A DNA stretch of 64,000 bases from Tubiluchus corallicola (taxonomy: Eukaryota > Animalia > Priapulida). This document shows positions 51,076 through 64,000 of the stretch, piece after piece (the first letter of the stretch is position 1; every line of letters begins with the position of its first letter). Below the pieces are notes generated by a model that saw nothing but the letters and a program-made list of their open reading frames with translations, was not told where the DNA came from and ran no database searches. Location: assembly GCA_030141605.1 (NCBI GenBank), contig JAQGDQ010002368.1, positions 248,001 through 312,000 on the forward strand, given 5' to 3'. A program made the position numbers and the translations under genes.

Positions 51076-54000
51076 CATACTTGTTAGGGAGATATTCATT
51101 TGTCATACTAATTCTGTTTATTTACATCATTGAGGGAGGACATGACACCTGCGATCTTTATGATAAGGACCTCAATGTACTGCTATATATTTTTAGCGTA
51201 TGACCTCAATGCAGTGCTGATGATTTTTCGGATGATGATCGGTGAGATTGGCACCCGCAGCCTTTTGGTTGAGTTCACCTATTAAAGTAGCATGCTGTGC
51301 ACGTTAGAATTTCAAACCTTACGGGATAAGTGGCTACTGAATTACGGTTAAGACCGGGGTTAGAGCAAGCGGTACTTCGTTAAAACTTGTTTTCATTTTG
51401 CTAAATTTTATGACAAATTTATGGTTGTAGAAGCAATGTGCTGAAGGAGTTAAGGGAGGAAAATGTTTAGAGGAATTGGCTTTTAAACAAGAATGGTAAC
51501 GCATTATTTATTTATTTATTCATTTATTTATCAAATCATATTTATCAAAAAATACATACGGTATTATAACCCTTAGAAGCAGCCATGCTGGATGCAGCTG
51601 TTTTAAGAATGAATCTCGCACTAAAAGTATTATACGAGGGAACACAAAGCGCACATCTTTCAGCAAATTTGAACATTCATGATCTGCTATTTTAGAGGAA
51701 CTGGCGTCAAAAATGCTCCAAAGAAAGTTGTGTACGCGCAACGTATTTTAACATAATTGTGGATGACCATAAATAATTATATATTACAAATATCTAACAC
51801 TTTTGCACGGAGATTTCGCTCCAGATTTGCCGAAAACAGAGTAGAAGTAGTAAGTAGTAAATTTATTGACTGGTGATAGTCCACTAAAAACAGTTACAAG
51901 TAATTTCAAAAATTGCAAGTTTGGTTGAGCTAATGCTACCCATCCACCAAAGATCAATGATGTGTGCACTCTCCACGTAGTGCCTTTTTTACTGTGAGAA
52001 GCTGCTAAGAATAAGATAAGGAATGTCCTTACTGAGATGAAGATATTTGCTGAAAATCGACTATATTTTGGAAGTGAGAAATTAACAGCCTCGAAATTTG
52101 AGCCAGTAGGCCAAAAAAACATAAAGATGGTTTGAATTTATCGCCATAGCAAATATTTTAAGGTATTTTATTCATTAAATATAATGGCTTCGTGAATGAC
52201 GTTTTTAATTCAAGAACAGCTGCCGTAGAAACGATAATTCTGCAATTCTGAATTATTTCACGATTGTGCTACATGTATTAAATTAAATGTGACATTCAGA
52301 AATATAAACGTATCTAGGCAATTTCATTTTATTAGTGATTAAGCTTATCCGTGAGGTGCACGTTAATATTTGTTAATGTTTTGAAAATTAAGTAAGCATT
52401 TAAAGCGCTGCTGGGAAATGATTTACTGTTGAAATGTTATAGGTCTTCGCATACAATGAACGAATAAAATATTGGAAAGGACAAGCCTTATCACTCAGTG
52501 GACAATATTAGAAATGTCACATGATCTCTGACTTGCTTCCTCGACTACATGAATGTGGTGCACCCGATAACGCGTATCGATTAAGTGAACTTAGAATTTT
52601 GTATTAAAATTTGCAGATGTATATTGAACTGAATTCGACTTGGCTCGGGAGTCAGAGGGTCGAATTCCAGATGGTATGGCGGTCTTTATGACAATGATCC
52701 GCATTATGATGAACCAAAGGTTGGCTTAATTAGTAATGAATTGTTTACCATGTACCTTTTGTAACAAGTCATCTACCACACACAAAAGACACAAAATAAA
52801 ACACTAGATTAACACTGTGACAATTTTTATTGCCTGCACTAATAACAGAAAAAAAGAAGAAATACTCAAAAAACTAAGTAAGTTGAGTAACAGATCTCAG
52901 ATACTAGGTGCACCTGTGTCAGAAATCAAGGCTGTGGTGACCTCTACACGCTTTTATACGTCAGCTGGCTTTTCACGCCTCGTGTTGTCCAAACAAGACG
53001 TCTGGATCTATAAGGAAGGGGTGAGTCGCTACTGAGGTGGAAGCAGGACGTGCAGAAAGCCCTATGCCTGAACCGACACAGGTGTCTGCGTAACAATATT
53101 ATTATAGAAATATATAGACAGAAGTATAACTAATTCATAATGCGTAGGATCCGTCCACAATAAGCACTGCATAATATTTTGGAATGGGGTATGCGCTGAA
53201 ATGTTCTGGGAATGTGATTCTTGAGGCTCAAATGTTTTGGAATTGCGTTTTTCATTTTAAAGAATAGCTTATCAGATTCAACAGTAGGAGTAGGTGTAAG
53301 CTAAGCCTTTGTTTACTTCGAAAAAAACGATGTACCAGAATTATGTGTTATGTTCTGTTGGCCATTTTAATAAATCAGTTCGTAGTGTCATGTTTCAGCT
53401 AACGTTAGTGGTCTAAGATATATAACGACCAGTATCCAGCACAAAGGAAACGGTATTGCGATCGTAATTAACAGTATAATTTTTGCGATAACTAAGAACG
53501 TACTGCAAATGTGAACACTATAACAGGCTGTAGTAGAATAATCTAAAGCATTGTTGAATTAACCTGTTTACTGATTTTGCATAGTTGGCTCAATGTTACA
53601 GGAAATTAAACTTCTTTCCTAAGTGTTATGTTTACAAATTAACTTGTCAATTGTTCATGTATAGAAGTCTAAAACTCTAAGCCTTATCTCTGGATTGTAA
53701 TGGAGCCAATTGTTTTATCCAATTAAGTATTAACCAATTACTCTTTTATTAGCACCTTGCATATGCTTGTTTTCCCACTATTTGTGCACAGGTTTGGAGA
53801 TACGTGAACCTATAACGTAAACTGCTAGTTTGATGAAAAATTAAGAATCATCAAATGTGTGTCATTAAGAAATCATTAAGAATCATGTGCTAGATTAAAA
53901 ATGTGGTTTGTTTACAGTTAGTAATGATGTACTATTTATGACGTACTAACTTGAAATGCGATCGTTTGTTCCAATTTGTAACCGTTGTTCATTATGCTGC

Positions 54001-54984
54001 AAGCGCAATAATCACCATTTGTCACAACGCTTTAATGCTCGTGTTTATCGTTTTATTTTACAGCTAGGAATGAAATGTAGATCTTACAACAACACTAAAT
54101 TAAATTTACAATTTCATTCTAGCTACACTAAGGTAACAAAGGAGACTCTACCGTTGGTTTAAATAAGTATTTATTATAACAACATTTTGCACATATTGCA
54201 GTCCATGAAACCGCAGGCAAGCCTATTTACAGTTGTCCTGGCTGTTGATGAAGCATCAAAAACTTATAGTGAAATTACAGTAATAATATTTATTTCAGTC
54301 TGCAAGGTTTGTATAAATCTTTGGTAAACTACGTAAATTGAAATATATTAAGGTATTAATCCTGCACTACATCAACTTCTTAAAAAACTCAGATTTTTCG
54401 AGTAATGATGCAGAATGGCTGTACCTTAGACGAACCAGTAAAATAACAAAATAACCTTGAGTCCAATTGCTTTAGAAGTAAAAACTGTAAGCCGGTAGGC
54501 ACTGGATTGTTATGCTTTTACTATGCTGTGCTGTTTATCTGCTTATTTTCTGTTTGTTGTGTTATGTTTTATGTTTTGACTTTTTATGCTACTGTGTGAT
54601 CTGCTTAACATCTGTTTTTTTATTGAGGGCTGATACGTTTTCAAGTTTTTGCTATGCATTTGCTCAATAAGCTCCAGTGATAACTGAGGAGCAGTGACTG
54701 AAACTTACTTTATAAGTTCTTTCGAATGACTATACATATAATTTAGTTTATTGTTAGCTTCGTATTCTGTGTTTTCATTTTGTGTAGTAAAATAGTCGCC
54801 ATTTTAAACTGCAATTTTAGTTACAGTTTAAAAAGCCAACAATTTTGTTACTTTGCCGTATGCAACCTTCAGTGGAGCAACCCGTAATCAGTAATGAGAA
54901 AGTGTATTAATTTCGATGAATAAGTTCTCAAAAATGGTTACAGGTTACTTCAAATCACTTCAAATGGCACATTAGGAAATGTGA

Positions 54985-55130
54985 CCAGACGGAACAGCCT
55001 AATGTATAATGCGTCTGTTTTCCATCTGTGAAGTTCCAAGTACGATACCGGGTCATACCAACGATTTTTAAAAGTGGTGTATTCTTTTGCGTTGCCTGTC
55101 GTGTGGTATATAGGGTAAAAGTGGGGTAGT
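54985..55130 (+). mobile_element. tRNA-derived SINE remnant with a conserved central-domain-like segment
   Basis: A-box-like AGCCTAATGTATAATGCG and B-box-like AGTACGATACC are followed by GGTCATACCAACGATTTTTAAAAGTGG. I recall this last segment as resembling a widely shared metazoan SINE central domain. Confidence 0.5.
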
Positions 55131-57883
55131 AATAATCTTTGTTATGTAACTGCAGTTTATTTGCAGTAGGCAAAAAGCTTTTTAATTTACGTTAACTGTT
55201 TAACATGAAAGCCGACTTTAAATAGAGGTTATTATTGTTATTATCATAAATAAAATTTACTGCAAGTAAGAGCAATACCAGAAAAATACAGGTCAGATAG
55301 TAACTGCTAATAATGAGTACACATTGTCTGATGTCGCCGTTGTCGCCTATCCCATCATAACTCTATCCAGGGACCTCTATATTTGCTCCATTTAACGTAT
55401 TTTGTTGTTGTTGTTTATGCCATTAATTTAGTCTTATCCACGTTGAGCATAGCTCATAAGTTAAATTCTTCTGCTGCGCTCATAGCGTTGTAATGCACTG
55501 TTTAATTGTAATTTTATAACTTTTATTTTTGTATTTCTGCTAAAAGGATGAATAATTAAATCTAAACCTAAATCTACATCCATCATCATTTAACTCACCT
55601 GTGATTCATGCTCGCATTTTCCACGTACCGTGCAACCTAAAAAAGTTACTAACAGCAGTGAAGTTTTAAACTGTAACCAAATGCCTTCGGTGCAGTGTCA
55701 TTTTTGGTATAGAATGACAGGCAAACGAAGTGATAAATTCACTCTGTAGACGAAACAGAGTTAGTGGATGCTTAAATTATTAGTAAAGTAAATATTTTCA
55801 CTGGCGTACTGGAGCGTGTGAACCTAACCTCATTTGCTGCTTAATAGAATGCTGCAAGAATAACAATGACTGCCAGTTTTACACAATTGGTTTAATGTAA
55901 GAAGAAACCGTCACTCTGGTAAAAAATTCCGCAATTTTCATGTACTAGTTGATGAGATGTGTGCGCAACTTCGCCGCCCGTCACAGCGCGTCACTTTTCG
56001 TCGCGCGAATGAGTTTATGTCATCTCCATCACAATCTTATATGTATAGCTTCAGCTTCGTGTAGAGGAAACCGCTGCATTGTAGGGATTCAGCGGCGAGT
56101 AATGTAAACACATCCCCAAGCCATTGAGGGATGCCTGAACATCGCTCATTTAATACCGCATGTGAAAATCCCATTAAAATTTCATCAGTCACTGAGTACT
56201 CAATGCAAATTTAAACATACTCTGAGTGCAGCTTTGCGATCTGGGCGGATCCCTGAAAATTACAAGTGGACGTTCCTGTTTATTTTAAGTCGATGGCTTC
56301 TTAGCTGTATAAACAAACCCAAGAAAATGATGGTGTTCAAGTTCCCGTGCGTCAGTTCTCGAAAATAGTTAATTAGCATTTCGAGTTGCTAAATTAGTTT
56401 AATATTGTAGACCTTGGTTGCTTACTTTAGTTAACACAATGGGATTTTTTATTTGGTGTCAGTGCTTAGTCACCCTAGAAAACAACCTTAGCAAAGGACT
56501 TAAATAGTGTAAAAGTTTCGAAAAAACGACTCACACGTAATGAGATTTTTATATATCTTTACCAAATGTATCTTTTTTCATATTGGAGCTAAAATAATTT
56601 GTGGTGCAAAGACAGTTGCCTTGGAAAATGTACCTAGTCACGACAACGATATACACTGGTGCTATACACCTGTAATGTTGAATTTTAATCTTTCTTTTCC
56701 ACGTATGGCCGGAAATCTTCGATTGCGAAACGAGTATGGACAATGAAAATGTTTATAGTGATTAGTAATTTTTATAGTGATTAATAAAAAATAATGGAAA
56801 TTACCAAACAATTTCGAAAATTTCGAAGTGTAAGCCCTCGCAGCGACTCTTTCTTGTTAAAATTGATTTACTACCTGATCAGTCATTGTCATTCAGAACA
56901 GCAACCTAGTACAGGACAATTACATGTCTTATTACTTACTTCATGATATATTGCTCATCCTTAGAGTACAGTAAAGTAATCAGTTATTTACATGTATAAC
57001 ACTTACTCTTTACGTTCAAGCACACTTTCAGCGATGGGTTGTGGTTCGGCCTAGAAATTTAAATCAGCAACCTATATCTTGTCGTTGCTTGGTATCAACG
57101 TCAATTTTTGCTTTTCTTTGCAAGTTTACCTGATATATTATGGCCAGTAGATGAATGAAAGCCTGTTATTGAAAGCCTATTGCACACTTTCTCTCTTAGC
57201 CGTTATATAATTATAGGATTAAATGTGGTGCTTCTTTTCAGCTTTCCTTTCATATTACAAACACGGTAGTTGCACGTGCCAGACAGCCTTCTAAACATTT
57301 CAATCAGCAAGAGGAAAATATCTGCAAATGTGTGACATTGATATTGACAAGTTGATTGGAACACCTGTATCTTTGTTCTACTGTAAAGATTTGAACAGTT
57401 GGCTTCATCCTTGCTGTGCATGTGTGAGTGCGTGCAAATGTAAATGCTTCTTTGTGACCTGCAATGTCGGGCCAGCAATTTAAATGATAGAGTGGCGATC
57501 TGTGCAATGTTCTGGGTTAATGTCCCATTTGGTTTGGCCCACAATTTTTCATCTATCTATACAAGCTGTCCGAATATAGAAGGAAAGCAATTCAATAGTG
57601 TATACGTGTGCAAAAGATTTATAAACTTTGGTTCAAAATCGACTGTTTTTCAAAACAATCTGCATGCAGACTCGAAAATTCATGGATGCATGGGCGGTAC
57701 AAATGTGCAGAATACTCCAGATCCACCTGGCACAATATTTTAGTCAATGTTAATTATATGCATTTATAAGCAGATTTCACACCCATGCCCAAACGTTTTC
57801 CTTGCAAATGAACCAACGGCGAGATTAATTGAAAACAGCAAAAATGACTTGCAATTTCAATTAGTGATTTACAAAAACTGTAT

Positions 57884-57939
57884 AAAATACTGAACTGAGC
57901 ATAACTTATTCAAAATACTGAACTGAACATAACTTATTC
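57884..57939. repeat. 28-bp tandem duplication
   Basis: AAAATACTGAACTGA(G/A)CATAACTTATTC x2. Confidence 0.9.
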
Positions 57940-59560
57940 ATTGAAATGGTGGATCTTCACCAGAACATACCTGCTTTTAGACTGCGCAGTCAGTACGTGG
58001 CATTTGTTTGTAAGCGAGCAAAGCCGCATTCCGTGTCACGTGTAATTGATATGTATGCTTGGTGACAGCAGCTGTTTGTGCTTTCTGTTTTGTTTTGTAT
58101 TCTCGTCACAGTTTGATCATGGAATTAGACGTAAACAGATTGGATTGTTTGCCAAAATGAACCACATGAAATGAATGAGTGTGACAGGTTTCACTTAAAT
58201 TTGTTATAATTTAAAATTCCGATTCTGAGTATCAGGCTGCCAGTTCATATAAAATATGTGTAGAGAGGTCATATTTATATCCGAACGTGGTTAAGATACT
58301 TCAGTCTATGCGGTGTCTCATTTTTGAGCATTAGCTTTGCAGCTGATCCAGATTTCGGCACAACTACAACCGTTCACCTTAATTTGATCTTGCGATTAAG
58401 TGCTGGATTTAAGTTTGCTGTCAGTCGAAGTGTTTCAAAACATAGTATTTATGGGTAAAAAGTAAACACTTTTCTCGATGTGCCGTTCTTATGATACAAG
58501 CTACGCTACTAGAAGGAATTACATAGTTGTGATAGACGATGACTTACTATATCAGTGAACTGACAAGCAGAAATTATTAAGAGAAAACCAAACAATAGAT
58601 ATATATTCCATTTTTGGGTGACAATAAATAAGAACCACATTGTTCCCCCAGCAAAAGAAATACTAATGTTTTCACTTCCAATAAATAGGATTATAGACAC
58701 CGCTGGATGCGTATAATTGATTAAATGAGAATGGTGAAATACTGTCCAACCCGAAAATACAGAAAAAAAACCTCACAGAAACTTAGAGAAAAGCTTAAAA
58801 TACCTAAAAAGGACAGTCACCACAACCAGTTTTCGATAATTAACAAAACTGGAAAAGTAAATCGAAAGATACTTTATTGTGTTAACCTGATGGTAACTTT
58901 GTGTGGTGTTTTTCCCTCTTTTCTAATTCACTTGTAGTCTGTTTGTTGAAAGTATGATAATAAATAATAGTTGACATAAGAGGTTTATTTTTTATCGATT
59001 ACTGCTGAAGAATCCATATTTTGTGGTTATTATTTACCGAGTGCACCCTTATCATCGGCGAAGAGTAAATCATAATCAATTGGATTTTCTTTCGATTTTT
59101 GGTTTTACTGACTGGCTTCTTTCGTCCCGCGAGTTCGTTAGGAAACCTCAAGAAGCGCGCCAGCTGCTATAAAGTGCAAGTCTTGGAAAATTTATAATCA
59201 AAGACTCGTCGAAAATGGAATTTGATTAAATTAGGGTTAACTAACCATTTGAAAGCGGGATAGAACCGGAAACATGCCATCTTCTACACTGGAATTAAAG
59301 TTAGTAAATGCACTATCACCAGTGGGATTCTTACATTTGAGGTATTATTAAGCAAGTATACTGTCTTCTTTCATCTTAGTGATTAAAACTAAAAGAGCAT
59401 TCACATAGGATATTGGTCCTGTTACTGCTGAACTACAATAACAAAGTTTTGGCTTTCAGGGTGAGGATGATTAGTTGCATAACTCTACATCACGTCCGTC
59501 CGCACTACGTCCTTAATGCAAATCACAGAAAGACAAATGGAGTACAAGAAGAGAGAGAGA

Positions 59561-60230
59561 ATTAATAAAAAAATAAATATCTTTTATTTTACATTATATT
59601 TACATAACGCAAATTCCTCTAACTGTAGGGTAACCTAACAAAAATTAAATCACGACTGTGTAAAAACTATATAACCTATGTCAATATTAATCACATCCAA
59701 AATTGTGAGGTAAGGTTTGTTAATCACAAGTGGTGTTTGACACAGAAATGTGTATTAAGAAAAATTATCGATGAAATGGTATTTCATGTAATTAGCTAGG
59801 AATACAAGGTAGTATGCACAACAAGGCATGGTAATTTTCTGAACGACAGCTTTGAATAGTTATGCAATTAATTTAAATGTCAAATTATAGCTGATTACTT
59901 ACTAAACAAAGCGCGCAATTCTGACTATATTGCCAATACATTCCACATTACAGGTTATAAGGTTATGGTCAAGTTATCGTTAATAAACAAGTATGTTTTT
60001 GAGAACTCATTTACAATTTCAAAAAATATATTGCAGGCATTTATACCTCTGTCTATGAGCATGTGATTAATATTGTTTCCGATGATGAAATGAAACCATA
60101 TTTTGCATTTTCACTAGATACACCAACATTGCAGATGAACTTACACTAGATACACCAACATTGCAGATGAACTTACACTAGATACACCAACATTGCAGAT
60201 GAACTTAGGTTACACTACGTTTTAGTATGT
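59561..60230 (-). mobile_element. 5'-truncated, diverged relative of the 34997-40480 LINE (ORF2 C-terminus + 3' UTR), bracketed by GA tracts
   Basis: The minus-strand peptide RGINACNIFFEIVNEFSKTYLFI (~60050-59980) aligns with RSRNAINAFVEIVKN...EKTWSLFL. The 3' UTR motif AAATTCCTCTAACTGTAGGG (59611-59630) matches AAATTCCCTCTATTTGCAGGG (35063-35083). Confidence 0.55.
60112..60207. repeat. Perfect 32-bp tandem repeat, three copies
   Basis: CACTAGATACACCAACATTGCAGATGAACTTA at 60112, 60144 and 60176, with no spacers. Confidence 0.97.
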
Positions 60231-60305
60231 GTGCAGGCTTGTGTTGAGTGGAGAGAAGAAGAGACCGAGAGAAAAACAGATGGGAGAAAAAAGATAGAGA
60301 TTAAA

Positions 60306-60417
<112 letters not shown>

Positions 60418-61838
60418 CTATGGTAATGTAGCTTAGCTGAGTCTTATTTTGTTCAGTTTCTATCGGCACAAGAGTCAAGTCGTCTGGGTTTGTTATAGCC
60501 TCCTTGCATATGGCTTCTGCTCGTGCCCGCCCATTCTTCTAATGTGAAGCCACCTAGATGAGAGATGTTTAAAGACCCACAATTGGCGTACATTCACTAC
60601 GTTCAATTGGAATGAAGACGAGCATGGCTAAATCATAATTATGGAAAAATAGAACTGGGTCAGTCGTGCCTAGCCTTATAACACTCTCCCCGATCTTACA
60701 AGTCGCCATGATTTCAAAAAAGACATTTCATTGTGGCTTCTTGCTCTGACAAGATTGAATTTGAATTCAACAAAAGTTTTTTCTTTTGTCTTTCCTTTAA
60801 ATTCTTACATACTGCGCAGAAACATATCTTTTAGCAGTATAAAACAATAGATTTTTAAAAAAAAAATTAATTACACATAAACAATTTTCAAAGTAAAATT
60901 CAAAGGATGATGCACTACATTATGTCGTGTTTTCATGTCAAGCGTCTAAACCGCAGATGGAACATGGGTACCAACAATGTCTCTCGGTGTGAACGTTGCA
61001 TGCTTATTCATGTAGTGGAGCAGTTGGCTAATCACTGTATTGATGGGACACTAGTCGTGTTTGTCGGTTTATCTTCATATAAAGGCACTGATTCTGAAGG
61101 GTTTGAAAGCCAACATCAAGTGCGAGTTATGTAGGGTAGAAGCAGATTTCATGTCAAGTACTGCGCTGCCAAGGCTTTAAGAAACCAATAACTATGAGAA
61201 ACCACTTGATTCGTGTATCCCAAGTTCGTTCTCTAGTTTGCCTGACTGCTACTAAGTTAGTTTCACTAATAGGTAATGAATAATAGTAATTGTGGCTGGT
61301 AGTACTGTTTTTTACTTTTGTGTTTTCCTGTGTTTTATTTTTTGTGCCTCTATGATGTTTTTTTAGGTGCAATCAATATAAAAACCCCAAAACAACTAGT
61401 TTTAGCAGTAACTTCTCTTTTTTTCATTCATCCACCTGATGATGATAAACAGCAGTGGCAGTAGGACACGTGATGCATTTTTGGTTGTTTTAATTAAAGT
61501 GATTTTTTAGTAATTGCCACTATTGCCATTAAGAAAAAAATTTGCATTAGCTAGGTTGAATGTACGTGATTACAAAATAACACTTTTAAAGAAAACGTAA
61601 GCAGCGTAGAGTAGTAACTGTTGCCTGTTACTGTAACTGACTAGAACTGAAATAAATAAATGAAGTTGGAACAGCAGAGTTAACGGAAATTGTCCCGGCG
61701 GTTAGTACCTATTTACTCAACAATGACTAATAAAGCGATAATGTTGATTTGATGGTTTTAGTAATTAAGCGCAGTTAAAGAGCAATCTCTTCTGGAGCTA
61801 CTAAATGAGAAGTATACCCTTTAACATTTACAAATTTC

Positions 61839-61857
61839 AACGCTAGATGGCAGCACA
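61839..61857 (+). promoter_or_regulatory. Candidate CTCF binding site
   Basis: CGCTAGATGGCAGCAC closely fits the CTCF core C.CYAG[A/G][T/G]GGC[A/G]. This is a motif match only. Confidence 0.45.
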
Positions 61858-63427
61858 AAGCAATCACGGGAGAAGATGCAAATACTTTACGCAAGTTGAT
61901 CGGTTGCCAAGCATATTTTCCTTAGGACTTGGGATTTCTCTGGGTAAAACTTAGCATATTGGTTGTTTCCGGTTATGGTATTAATTTGCAAGAAAATTAT
62001 TTATATAAATTGTGTTTTTTTGTTATCCGATCTTATTCAACGAAAAATGACGTTGTTGTTTACTATTTGAAGTTTGCAATTTCCTAAATTGTGTCTAACG
62101 TTTACTGTTTAGTAAACTAACAAAAATTCTTTTCTTCAGCATATTGCCTGTTAATTTTCGGAGGCTTCCAATTCGGCTGTTACGTTTCCTCTCGGCTCAT
62201 TTGGTCTGTCATTTCCAATTGGCATACTCATACATATGAGTCATCTTGCTTGTTCAGTCTTCAGAATTGTCTATTCGTATTAATCAATTATTCGATGCTG
62301 GTGTCACCAAACTGTTTCTACAGAGACATTAGGACGATAGAGAATGCTCCACAGTGCATTGAGATACAATTAAGATGAGGCAGCGTCGAGTACAGGCGTT
62401 GATAATTGGTTTTTCGTCAAGCACCGACAGCCACTTTATGCGATACATCTATGTTGTAACTGCGGCGGCACAATTGAAGGCGGGTGCGTCTCAAAACAAA
62501 ATAACCGAATCAGAGATAAGCTTAATAGTCAAAATTTCCCCTGCCAGGCCTATATTAATTAAGGTGCAAATTGTCAATAATCGTCAAGGAATAAGTTCTG
62601 TAGCAAATTTCAGAAAAAGTTTAGAAATAAATCTCAACTGAACCCCGCTATTCTTAAAGTTTCAAAAAAATAGGAATACGTCTGTTCTAGTTCTTACTAT
62701 AACAGTATTCTTACTAAAAAAATATGTCAGCTGTATCCGTAAAAGTATAACATTAAACTTTTTAACATGAAAATAATACAGATGTTTAAAAATTTCTTTA
62801 CTTTGGATTACTAAGCGTTAATGTTATTGTTCTTCCCGTTTCACTCACACGAGCCTCTGTTCTAAGTTAGAGTACTTCAAAGTTCTCAAATCCTTTGATC
62901 TACTGTTAAATTTATGTTCAGCTGCTACAGACTTTTGTTAATTGCTGATATCCAAGTTGTCTTTGGTTTGCCTGGAGATCGTTTAGCAGTGATCGTTTAA
63001 TGCTACTGTTTCTGGCAATCTCATTAAATATCCTCCTTCTTAGCTTTTTGGATTCAATTTTTGAGGTTTAAAGTACCTTTTTGGTTAAGTTGTAGAGCTG
63101 CTCATGTTATTTTGTTAGATTCTAGGACATTGGGTCCCAGCAGTTGGGCCCCATATCATACACGGTCATTTTATTTTAAAAACTTTTTATGTAAGCCTCC
63201 GTGAAATTGTATACATATTCTAGATCCATACATCAATTTCTTTTTCTTGTGTTGCGAATTCTAACACTACATTTCACTATTGTACATGAAGATACTGGTT
63301 TACGTATCCATTAAAGAGCCGCAGCCTTATTTTGAGAGATATACCGCTTAAACAATTGATTTATTCTGGGTAAAAAACATGGCCTTCTGTTTTTTATTCT
63401 TAATAATATCATCTTCTGTACTGAGCA

Positions 63428-63428
<1 letters not shown>

Positions 63429-63510
<82 letters not shown>

Positions 63511-63511
63511 T

Positions 63512-63606
<95 letters not shown>

Positions 63607-63647
63607 ATAGTAGTAGTAGTAGTGCTAGTAGTTGTTGTTGTTGTTGC

Positions 63648-63704
<57 letters not shown>

Positions 63705-63705
63705 A
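63429..63705. repeat. Compound trinucleotide microsatellite (TTA)n-(GTA)n-(GTT)n
   Basis: Read directly from the sequence. Confidence 0.97.
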
Positions 63706-64000
63706 GCAGCGTTAAGAATTTGTTAGCTTTAAAATAACAATATTCTTACCAATAGAGTGTATTAAGTAATACATTTTTTACCAAAAAATGCTGCGTTTAA
63801 CAACATTTTTAATTGTCAACATCAAAATGTGTCAGATAACTGTAAAAACAAAATTTTCACTAACAAAGTATTACAATTAACAATGTTCTTTACCTGTTAA
63901 AAATATCATTAATAAACACTTTGTGCAGAACAAACAGTAGATACTGCATTAATTGACAGTGAGACGCTGTTCTCAATTGACAAAGTAGAAAAGCCTTATG

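Noticed and set aside
53070-53086. AACCGACACAGGTG, resembling a 23S rRNA segment
   Set aside because: Only about 14 bp with no flanking rRNA similarity.
56102-56120. TGTAAACACATCCCC, resembling miR-30
   Set aside because: The match is interrupted after the seed and no precursor hairpin is evident.
60112-60207. 32-bp repeat of CRISPR-like length
   Set aside because: The units are contiguous with no spacers, there are no cas genes, and the context is eukaryotic.
63379-63726. 115-aa poly-Leu/poly-Val ORF
   Set aside because: It is a translation of the compound trinucleotide repeat.

Overview
AT-rich eukaryotic genomic DNA, probably from an invertebrate animal. It has spliceosomal GT-AG introns and no operons, CRISPR arrays or rRNA genes. 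Two host genes lie on the + strand. The first is the last two coding exons of a 12-cysteine LYPD6-like Ly6/uPAR (three-finger) gene (373-1630). The second is a complete 20-coding-exon ABCB6/HMT-1 half ABC transporter (14861-30462). I assembled its exons by hand into one open frame of 2568 nt (855 aa). The rest is intergenic or intronic and rich in repeats: a decayed CR1/L2-group LINE split by a solo LTR with a 5-bp target site duplication (TSD), hAT and Tc2/pogo-type MITEs, foldback-like elements, LINE and SINE remnants, and microsatellites. The most notable object is a near-intact 5.5-kb non-LTR retrotransposon on the - strand (34997-40480) sitting between two (GA)n tracts. Its ORF1 begins with two GATA-like C4 zinc fingers. 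A diverged, 5'-truncated relative at about 59561-60230 is also bracketed by GA tracts, which suggests a (TC/GA)n-targeting family. All calls come from reading the sequence; no database search was run.
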